From an uncultured Solibacteraceae bacterium (GTDB lineage: Bacteria > Acidobacteriota > Terriglobia > 20CM-2-55-15), in the NCBI GenBank assembly GCA_964584435.1, contig CAZOZZ010000006.1, forward strand, positions 1-52,668: a stretch of DNA of 52,668 nt, given 5' to 3'. Position 1 is the first letter of the stretch; the number at the start of each line of letters is the position of its first letter. Under the pieces are notes generated by a model. That model saw only the letters and a program-made list of their open reading frames with translations. It searched no databases and had not been told where the DNA came from. Below are positions 48,001 through 52,668 of the stretch, piece by piece. The translations under genes were made by a program, and so were the position numbers.

Positions 48001-48241
48001 CATCGAAGAGGTCTGCCCCGTCGATGACTGCTCGACTCCGGACATACTTCGGATCGTTGAAGAGAGCACTATCTACGCCGGCACGCCGTAGAGTCTCCTC
48101 AGGAATCTCTCTTACGGAATCGACGCCGTGGCATAGATTGCTCCAAAACTCCTTCGCGTCTCGCGCGCCCGGCACGCGACACTCGATTCCGATGATCGCA
48201 ATGGAACTGTCCGGGTCTATGCCGATCTCGGGAGAGACCAT
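39026..48241 (-). CDS. hybrid PKS-NRPS: KS-AT-ACP-AMT-C-A-T-E (3,071 aa)
   Basis: KS (ATACSTS Cys184, EAHGTGT, SNIGH). AT (IAFLFPGGGSQ aa 534; GHSLGE; APAHS). ACP (LGLDSL, Ser951). Class-III (GSA-type) aminotransferase domain, aa about 1085-1535 (LDGNEYIDITNGFG, CNSGTEAVMAAIRLAR, IFDEMISGFR, TYGKVIGGGMPIG with putative PLP Lys1373). C (AHHIVTDGWS). A (YTSGSTGKPKG from Tyr2153; code DFWNIGMVHK). T (LGGDSIIAM, Ser2558). E (LLPAQRWFFDQ; HHLISDGVS). Confidence 0.97.
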   Translation of the reverse strand: MVSPEIGIDPDSSIAIIGIECRVPGARDAKEFWSNLCHGVDSVREIPEETLRRAGVDSALFNDPKYVRSRAVIDGADLFDAAFFGYTPRQAELMDPQQRLFLESSWHALEGCGYIHGRPHDRVAVFAGCGMNTYLLHNLASDPALMQQTDYHELLTASEKDFLASRVSYKLGLEGPSVTVATACSTSMVAVHLAIQSILSGECEIALAGGASIPVPQDEGFLYVEGGILSKDGRCRPFDAKAGGISAGSGVAIVVLKRLPEALSDRDHIHAVIRGSAVNNDGDVKAGFTAPSVQGQTQVILEALSVAGVDPGSIGYVEAHGTGTLVGDPLEVAALSRAYGGARGDGVRRCAIGSVKSNIGHLDTAAGVVGLIKAALSLHHKQIPPTLHFEDPNPEIDFARTPFFVNTRLTEWGATQGQPRRAAVSSFGLGGTNAHVVLEEAPATEPVTVSTRPHQLLVASAKTASALTRTGAELVKFLRENAEVSLEDAAFTLACGRREFSARQFYLYATDSAVASEREPVSDVGEIATEARSIAFLFPGGGSQYVGMGEGLYRSEPAYRQHLDSCAEKLETPLGVDIRDVIFGSGTVGDCMDSASLLLPALFTTEYALAQLWISWGIRPAAMIGHSLGEYVAACISGVFSLDDALSLVVLRGRLLEGLPKGRMFSVCLSEGDLAPYLNEGLSLAAVNAPESCVVSGPADKISDLKSKLSSADVEFADLHFSAPAHSREVESVLDEFSRFLEALSFSQPQIPWVSNLTGTWITPEESMDPAYWVRHMRQPVRFSTAIQTLTQDSSRILLEVGPGRTLATLTIQNCAGAEAPLVLTSLRHPQVERADSELLLETLGRLWVSGAAVDWSGFYAFEQRRRVRLPPYPFERESFWIARHRLAEADVSGQTDVSNPTPTASTITVKDDNHFNRVLAGVLETVSEVSGIPQGKINGADSFFQLGLDSLALIKVNRLVKQRFGLTIQLADLLDALSEVGALARHIADETVPPEADLLLDRATPPSTDDLPVVPGAMIPADATAGSLHQIVNDQLEIMRRQLEMLREVDGKAVVPRAVAEAPAAQASKPSKRGKTRHVSSRGDRFGVSFTPQQQRHVTALIKRYTRRTAKSKHHAAQYRDVLADSRASVGFRLPLKEILYPIVGARAAGSRFWDLDGNEYIDITNGFGVTLFGHHPEFLTNAFREHAGQEILLGPRSELAGEAAALICDLTGSERASFCNSGTEAVMAAIRLARTSTRRRLLVVFAGSYHGHSDQTLVLPAEIEGVPASEAMAPGIPPESIAATIVLEYGSSDALDYIRKHQDEIAAVLVEPVQNLSLDFQPVEFLRDLRNVTRDGGVALIFDEMISGFRLHPRGAQAYFGIDADIVTYGKVIGGGMPIGVVAGKREFLDGIDGGAWNYGDDSLPGAERTFFGGTFCQHPLTMVAAVATLNELKRQGPALQEGLNRRTEELAVRLNRAFDERNAPLHAVNFGSAFRIQFTGNLDLFFYHLIEKGVYVWEWRGCFLSTAHTEDDLDHVVRSAESAIDELRSGGFIAPGAQAGSSSPQDTFPLTEAQRQLLLMSQIHPSGSLAYQTGLSLKLRGPIDSAKLNASVRHLVERHEALRTVFDLQGEFQRVLPDEARELGIVDFTSVAGSEREQAIERWFEEKNHTPMALDTGPLFYCDLLRLDADEHVLVMTAHHIVTDGWSMTNMMGELLSLYSLACRGLNPELGPAMQYREYVEWQERFSATSSYAAQERYWTEKCSGRMTPLALPSDTIPSAERTYQSRRATLTLSSAARRDLFACCSELKCTPFIGLYAVYTALMHGLTGQRELSIGISVAGRGLENSDALVGYCTHILPVPVEVDPDSTVAEHVATIRRVLGDAYTNSDYPFAALLKSVDPRRDLSRSPLISATFNLDTPGKLADTGDLTLRLFPHPVHFSDFELMLNVIDTGEELILDCDYSIDRYSSDDAERLLASYGNLIESLATVTSQPICKLSLSTPSEQARLLRLHEAERDFTVSTSVPDVIAEWAERSPEGIAIVCEKDRLTYRELNDKANRLAHYLLSKGIGTESMVAVCLDPSLDLIVSILAVLKSGAAYVPLDPSYPVERLSLILDDCRAPILITTSRVGELLGDRDALEAILLDADDPQITRCSAENPVSKLQPESLAYVIYTSGSTGKPKGVLVQHSQLARLFSATQPSFEFNNRDVWTLFHSCAFDFSVWEIFGALTYGGRLVIAPYWIRRDASAFHRLVCDEAVTVLNQTPSAFREFMRADADSSRDPKLRLIIFGGEALDLETLGPWFERHGDRLPELVNMYGITETTVHVTYRPLTSGDAKLIGSRRIGRPIPDLSFYVLTSELMPSPMGVVGEVFVGGAGVARGYLNRPELTRERFIASPFRPGDRLYRTGDLARLLPDGDIEYRGRADNQLKLHGFRIEPGEIEAALRAHSEIEDVVVNARKTQDSDANTHLVAYIVFRDGSSPAATTELREFCAGRLPGHMVPTFFLAIDRIPLTRNGKLDRAALPTPRDGSAEVLEAYAAPRDTVESGLASIWAEVLGLRQVGIFDNFFELGGDSIIAMQVVSRARAAGLPISIRDVHRFPTVAELALVPDSVSAGSTPEIAAVASESRLLPAQRWFFDQNQPNPDHHNMSLHLDIAPGTSSELLGQALDRVAAHHPALRSWFEKDSDGWIRHVDPKGGSIPLEVYPDGSTSFDSIARRLQESLTLSEPPLVRAALFESSEGNPGRLLLVLHHLISDGVSCRILTEDLETAYQQLQSGSPVLLLPTNPVEAWIAQLDHEVQSGGFVKELPYWREIVTVKTASLPLDLNASPDSNTVATEAHATLALDRDPTKLVLGSLSKSGRIRMDDALLGCLTQALAVWLGDCKLLVDLEAHGRETLGRVDPTRTIGWFTSIYPFLLKIHGGRPLGETIREIQETRSRVPRHGLGFSVLKYLGDDPAVRKELGVARTEILFNYLGQFDQVAGGSLVVGIDEGDRAHERSLANRSSHRIEINSWILDGRLLVDFAFSSAMYRDETIQALANSFESSLRELCQPVTESALEPETDLSEVGLRRVLQSIGPDRGSGSEG
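43640..44975 (-). other. aminotransferase (AMT) domain inside the 3,071-aa PKS-NRPS
   Basis: See the parent CDS. Putative PLP lysine codon at about 44123-44125 (TYGKVIGGG). Confidence 0.85.
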
Positions 48242-48244
48242 GGA

Positions 48245-51200
48245 CTATTCGCCTCCCTCGCTGGTGCTGCCGGCACGGCTGGCTTTGCGGGCACTCCTTT
48301 GCTGTGCGCGGTTAGTCCGTCGCACTTCCGGTACGACTGTCCGTGTCAGCCCGGAGAATCCAGCATCGCCGGTATGTGAGATAGCCCCGGCTAACATGTG
48401 GATCGTCGGGTACTCGAACATCTCCCTCATCGAAGGCAACCGGCCGAATGAGGCCTCGCCGATCCGACGTCTTACACGAACCATCACCAACGAATCTCCA
48501 CCCAGATCAAAAAAATTGTCGTGTATACCCACCTGGTCGATCCGCAGCTCTTCCGCCCAGATGGCCGCGATGCTGGCCTCGACGTGATTCAACGGTTGGG
48601 CGAGTTCTTCGGAGAGCTTCGGCCGTCTCTCCCCCGGCGACGGCAAAGCGCGAAGGTCGATCTTTCCGTTCGCCGTGAGTGGAAACGACGCCAGGGTCAT
48701 GAACGAAGACGGCAGCATATAGTCGGGAAGAGTCTGCTGCAGGAAAGCACGCAACTCGGACACGGAAGGCGGATCGGCCGGATCTGCAGCAATCACATAA
48801 GCTCGCAACTCGGCGTCACCGGAAAGACCTGCCCGTTCGGGAAAGTGAGCTGTGACTACGCAATCGTGCACTTTGGGATGCCTCGCGACGCTCGCCTTGA
48901 TCTCTTCGGTCTCGACTCGATATCCCCGTATTTTGACTTGACCGTCTTTCCGTCCCAGAAACTCGATATCTCCGTCGGAAAGATACCTGGCGAGATCCCC
49001 GCTACGATAGACACGTGCGCCCGGCTCGTCGCGGAACGGATCGGCCAGGAATCGTTCTGCGTTTAAATCAGGTCGGTTCAGATAGCCCGCCGCCACGCCG
49101 GCACCGCCGACATAGATCTCCCCCGCGACGCCGACTGGTACTGGTTTGCCGACCGAATCGAGGATGTAGATCCACATGTCCTCCATTGCTGGACCAATGA
49201 CGCTTCGGCCCACTGCCACGTCGGCCTTCACCAGCCGACGATACGTGGTATGGACCGTTGTTTCAGTAATGCCATACATGTTCATGACGCGAGGGCTTTC
49301 ATCACCGTGCCGTTCGAACCATCCGGCAAGATCCTTGACTGCAACTTCTTCGCCCCCCAGGATGACCCAGCGGAGCCTGAGCCGCAGCTCGGCATCACGC
49401 TGTTCTTCCGCCTTCATCAGCTGCTTGAAAGCGGAGGGTGTCTGAGTGAGCATCGTCACCTTGTGTTCGCTGAGCCATCTATAATAATCGTCGGGTGAGC
49501 GACTGACCCAATAAGGAATGATCACCAGTTTTCCGCCGTGCCCGAGACATGCGAATATCTCCCAAACCGAAAGATCGAAAGCGAAGGAATGAAACAGGGT
49601 CCAGATGTCCTGGGGGCCGAACTCGTAAAGAGAGGAAGTCGATTGAAGCAGCCTCACTACATTGTAATGAGTGATGATCGTCCCTTTGGGCCTTCCGGTC
49701 GATCCGGACGTGTAGATCAGGTATGCGGGATCGGATGGCGACGGACGCCTTGCTGAAGTAGGGTTACTCGCGGACTGGCTGAAATCGAGCGAGTCCATGG
49801 ACACGAATTCGACGCCGTCCGCGGAAACCGCCATCGGGTCCGTCCCGACCACAACACGTACTCCAGAATCCGTAAGCAGCAATTCCTGACGTTCCACCGG
49901 GTAGGCCGGATCGATAGGCACGTACGCACCACCTGCCTTCAGTATCCCCACAATCCCGGTCACGAGATCCGACGATCGTTCCATACAAATCCCAACAAAA
50001 GCACCCGGTCGGATACCTTGCACGGTAAGATGCGCAGCGACGATGTTCGCCCGGCGATTCAGTTCGCTGTAGGTCAGCGGGACTCCCTCAAAAGAGATCG
50101 CTTCTGCGTCCGGGGAGCGTTCCACTTGTTCCTCGATCAGGTCTACCAGCGTTTTGCAAGGAGCATGGGTCACGCGGTCGGGGTGAAAGCCAGTCAACAC
50201 AAGTTCTCGTTCGTCCGGAGGAAGGATGGCCAGATCTCGGATCGCCGTGTCTGGGTGACTCACAATCTCTTCAAACAGGAACAAGAGCTCCCGCTTCAAG
50301 AACTCGATCGCCTCAACCGAAAACGCCGTAAGGCTGTGGTCGATGTTCATCCGAACGTCCAGCTCTTCGTTGTATTCGCTGACCTCGATCGCCAAAGGCG
50401 TCTTCTCCGACCCGTGGCGCATGCTCACTTGCTCCACCTGAATCCCATCAAATTCAACAGCATAGTTGTGTTTTTGATAGGTCAGAACGATGTCGTAGAG
50501 CTGCGGACGCCCTTCCTTGTGCAGGCCCACGCGCCGGTTGATCTCGTGCAACGGGCAACGCTGGTGACGGTAGTCTTTTCGCAGCTCCCTACCGATCGCT
50601 TTCAGTAGCTCGACGACGCTCAGATCCAGGCCAAGGCGGAACCACGAAGGCGTAACGCTGGTGAACAGGCCCACCGTCCTCTTGAGAACGGCATTGCTAC
50701 GGTTGAGCGTTGGAAGTCCAATGATGAAGTCCTCTCGCCCCTCCGGCTGAGCAAATCGAATGTAGAGCGCTGCCAGGATCAAATGGAAGGTGGAAACGCC
50801 GTGTGACGAGGCAAAAGACTGCATCCGATCGTACAATTGCCTCGAAATCATCAGGACCGACCGTCGACTTCGTATTTCCGTGCCAAACCCCTGGCGCTCG
50901 ATCATCGCGGCCGGTATGGACTGAAATCGTTCCTCCCAATATCGAAGGTCTTCGGCCAATCGCCTGGAGTGCGCCACATCCGTTTCTTTCAGGACGTAAT
51001 CGGCGAACGATCCGCGTGGAATGGGATCCCCCGCATCTCCTGACACAAGCGAGCTATAGATCACGGCCAAATGTTGAACCAACAAGGAATGCCCGTAGGC
51101 GTCGATGATCAGATGGTGGTAAACGTGAAACCAGGAGTATTCGTCGTCGGAAAGCCGAGCGAAGGCAAAATAAAAGAGGGGCTCACCAAACATCGTGAAC

Positions 51201-51529
51201 GGAACGTCGATGCGATGGCTCATCCAGGCGGCCCATTCCTCACGGGCCCCAGCCTTCGAAGAAAGGTCAAAGTAATCAAGCGCAGGTCGGAAATGCGGCA
51301 GGACTTCCTGTTCAGGCACATCCCCGGCTTCACGCAAGACGATCCGAAGCGCGTCGTTCTCCTCGATCAAGATTCCGATGGCACGCTCAAACAGGTCGCG
51401 GTCTATCGGGCCCCGAAACCGAAGGTGCCCGCCCATATTGTAAAAGGGCTTGTCCTGGTGCACCATCTGGTCGAACCAGATACCATTCTGACAAGCTGTC
51501 AGCGGCAACGTCCCCTTGGTGCTACTCAT
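48245..51529 (-). CDS. NRPS loading module: C(starter-like)-A-T (1,094 aa)
   Basis: N-terminal C domain (LPLTACQNGIWFDQ...; YHHLIIDAYG, HH 138-139). A (LKAGGAYVPID, YTSGSTGRPKG aa 606-616, FDLSVWE, NMYGITETTVH, NGKIDL; code DLWTIGMVHK). T (LGGDSL, Ser1013). Basic C-terminal tail of about 40 aa. AGGGAGGA lies 5 nt upstream of the ATG. Confidence 0.95.
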   Translation of the reverse strand: MSSTKGTLPLTACQNGIWFDQMVHQDKPFYNMGGHLRFRGPIDRDLFERAIGILIEENDALRIVLREAGDVPEQEVLPHFRPALDYFDLSSKAGAREEWAAWMSHRIDVPFTMFGEPLFYFAFARLSDDEYSWFHVYHHLIIDAYGHSLLVQHLAVIYSSLVSGDAGDPIPRGSFADYVLKETDVAHSRRLAEDLRYWEERFQSIPAAMIERQGFGTEIRSRRSVLMISRQLYDRMQSFASSHGVSTFHLILAALYIRFAQPEGREDFIIGLPTLNRSNAVLKRTVGLFTSVTPSWFRLGLDLSVVELLKAIGRELRKDYRHQRCPLHEINRRVGLHKEGRPQLYDIVLTYQKHNYAVEFDGIQVEQVSMRHGSEKTPLAIEVSEYNEELDVRMNIDHSLTAFSVEAIEFLKRELLFLFEEIVSHPDTAIRDLAILPPDERELVLTGFHPDRVTHAPCKTLVDLIEEQVERSPDAEAISFEGVPLTYSELNRRANIVAAHLTVQGIRPGAFVGICMERSSDLVTGIVGILKAGGAYVPIDPAYPVERQELLLTDSGVRVVVGTDPMAVSADGVEFVSMDSLDFSQSASNPTSARRPSPSDPAYLIYTSGSTGRPKGTIITHYNVVRLLQSTSSLYEFGPQDIWTLFHSFAFDLSVWEIFACLGHGGKLVIIPYWVSRSPDDYYRWLSEHKVTMLTQTPSAFKQLMKAEEQRDAELRLRLRWVILGGEEVAVKDLAGWFERHGDESPRVMNMYGITETTVHTTYRRLVKADVAVGRSVIGPAMEDMWIYILDSVGKPVPVGVAGEIYVGGAGVAAGYLNRPDLNAERFLADPFRDEPGARVYRSGDLARYLSDGDIEFLGRKDGQVKIRGYRVETEEIKASVARHPKVHDCVVTAHFPERAGLSGDAELRAYVIAADPADPPSVSELRAFLQQTLPDYMLPSSFMTLASFPLTANGKIDLRALPSPGERRPKLSEELAQPLNHVEASIAAIWAEELRIDQVGIHDNFFDLGGDSLVMVRVRRRIGEASFGRLPSMREMFEYPTIHMLAGAISHTGDAGFSGLTRTVVPEVRRTNRAQQRSARKASRAGSTSEGGE

Positions 51530-52250
51530 CTCGATCCTCCCTGAGATGTGTGTCGCTCAGAGGAGGTGATCCAAACGCCAGCCGGGTCGCAATAAACGTT
51601 GAAACTTCAGCAGCACACTCCGAAAGGAAAAAGTGGCCGCCCGAAAACCAGACAACCTCGATCGGGTGACTCGTTTGGAGCTGCCACTGACGCGCTTCGT
51701 TTTCAGAGACATCGTCTCGATCGCCCACCATGACAGTGATCGGCACATCCAGGGCACGACCGGGCCTGTAGACATATTCGTCGACGAGGCGAAAATCCGC
51801 TCTCAATATCGGTTCAAATATCTCCATCAATTCATCGCTATTCAGGACATCATCGGAACAACCGAGGGCGCGCAAGATGGTCGCGAATTGATCGTTTGGC
51901 AGGTTCCATCGAACTTTGTCGCGGTCCAGGCCCGGAGCGCAGCGACCCGATACGAAGAGACGGGAAGGGAGATTCAATCCCGACGCCTGCAGCCTCCGAA
52001 CCAGTTCAAAGGCAATCAGGGCGCCCATGCTATGTCCGAGGATCGCGAATGGGCTCTCGTTCCTGCGCGCAATTTCGGGTAAGACGTCGTCGACAGCCCT
52101 TCGGAGGTCGGTCAACAAGGGTTCGTCGGATCGTCGTCCTCTTCCAGGCAATTCGGACGTTAAGAGTCGCACCTCATCGGAGAGCGAGGAACTGAGTTCG
52201 CGATAACACCAGGCGTCTCCACCTGCAAACGGTAAGGCGAATAGTTGCAT
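51522..52250 (-). CDS. type II (editing) thioesterase
   Basis: MQLFALPFAGGDAWCYREL N-terminus, GHSMGALIAFE nucleophile elbow, 242 aa. Its stop overlaps the start of the loading NRPS by 8 nt. Confidence 0.9.
   Translation of the reverse strand: MQLFALPFAGGDAWCYRELSSSLSDEVRLLTSELPGRGRRSDEPLLTDLRRAVDDVLPEIARRNESPFAILGHSMGALIAFELVRRLQASGLNLPSRLFVSGRCAPGLDRDKVRWNLPNDQFATILRALGCSDDVLNSDELMEIFEPILRADFRLVDEYVYRPGRALDVPITVMVGDRDDVSENEARQWQLQTSHPIEVVWFSGGHFFLSECAAEVSTFIATRLAFGSPPLSDTHLREDRDE
51535..51542 (-). promoter_or_regulatory. Shine-Dalgarno-like AGGGAGGA for the loading NRPS gene (inside the TEII 3' end)
   Basis: The minus strand reads ctcAGGGAGGAtcgagATG. Confidence 0.5.
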
Positions 52251-52344
52251 TAGATCGCATCGGTGACGTGGGAATCATGGTCGAACTCAGGATCACTACT
52301 TGCACCTATCATCACCGCTCTCGAACTCGCTTGGGATTCCGCAC

Positions 52345-52515
52345 CTACCGAGAAGGAACGCTCTTACGATCAGACGCCAACACCAACAGCAATCCCATGA
52401 GCGGCGTAAGGAATACCGAACACAAGAAGTAGCCCCAGAAACCTAATTTGCGATCACGTCCAAAACTCGCTATGAGACCACCAACACCGATGTAGACCAA
52501 AGCCTGCAAAAGCAT
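52345..52515 (-). CDS. small membrane protein, 56 aa (below the ORF-track size cut-off)
   Basis: Hand translation: MLLQALVYIGVGGLIASFGRDRKLGFWGYFLCSVFLTPLMGLLLVLASDRKSVPSR*. Two hydrophobic helices. GGAGG (52525-52529) lies 9 nt upstream of the ATG. Confidence 0.45.
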   Translation of the reverse strand: MLLQALVYIGVGGLIASFGRDRKLGFWGYFLCSVFLTPLMGLLLVLASDRKSVPSR

Positions 52516-52668
52516 GATCAAACACCTCCACTACTATTGTTACACCTACCGAAACGCTGGCAGGTAAGCCATCAAGCAACGGACCTTCAAGATCGCCTTC
52601 ACGTAACGTCGCAGGGGCTCTCAAACAATCCTTCTTCCGTCAATTAGATTCATCACTGCACTAGTCCG

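Noticed and set aside
8394-51544. Dozens of 60-500-aa ORFs on the plus strand or in alternative minus frames inside the megasynthase genes (e.g. 19355..20839, 24150..25151, 27480..28649, 40886..41980, 44294..45391, 14780..15313).
   Set aside because: They are shadow ORFs of very long, motif-verified coding frames in GC-rich DNA. Their translations are Arg/Pro/Gly-rich with no recognisable motifs, and each lies entirely within an NRPS/PKS gene.
7444-52250. Search for an MbtH-like protein, a transporter, tailoring oxygenases or halogenases, or a fatty-acyl-AMP ligase inside the cluster.
   Set aside because: There is no room for them. All inter-gene gaps are at most 53 nt, and none of the small ORFs shows the relevant motifs. 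If such genes exist they lie outside the window.
1-52668. CRISPR arrays, tRNA/rRNA genes, IS elements with terminal inverted repeats, and long direct repeats flanking the cluster.
   Set aside because: I noticed no regularly spaced repeats, cloverleaf-like sequences or transposase motifs on reading through. Long-range direct repeats cannot be excluded without a computational self-alignment.

Overview
Nearly all of the window (7,444-52,250, minus strand) is one uninterrupted, translationally coupled hybrid NRPS/PKS operon. Gene order is: type II thioesterase; C(starter-like)-A-T (1,094 aa); KS-AT-ACP-AMT-C-A-T-E (3,071 aa); C*(degenerate)-C-A*(divergent)-T-C-A-T-KS-AT-KR-ACP-C-A-T (5,022 aa); C-A-T-C-A-T-E (2,611 aa); C-A-T-C-A(MT-interrupted)-T-TE (2,614 aa); Sfp-type PPTase. 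That makes 9 NRPS and 2 PKS modules (14,412 aa), all ORFs intact, and collinear from loading module to TE. Hand-read adenylation codes suggest a Thr-rich product: (acyl?)-Thr-like-[C2 unit, 3-amino]-D-Thr-X-Thr-[C2 unit, 3-hydroxy]-Gly-Thr-D-Ile/Val-Asx-(methyl)Ile/Val. The unusual features are: (1) an aminotransferase PKS module fed by an NRPS module rather than a fatty-acyl loader; (2) a decayed condensation-like domain stacked in front of a complete one; (3) a Lys2-like divergent A domain; (4) a methyltransferase inserted between A-domain motifs a2 and a3. The left 7.4 kb looks like an accessory, decayed-mobile-element patch. It holds two small membrane ORFs, a WD40 protein, two different GIY-YIG nuclease-family genes flanking a secreted HEXXH metallopeptidase, and a large serine recombinase remnant with an internal deletion. 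It also holds a stop-riddled dnaE2 3' fragment that ends about 20 bp from the PPTase stop codon, which may mark the cluster's insertion boundary. I saw no rRNA, tRNA or CRISPR array. Domain coordinates are approximate (computed from residue counts). All family and specificity assignments come from motifs read by eye and need HMM/BLAST confirmation. The ORF track prints M for GTG/TTG starts, so several starts are uncertain.
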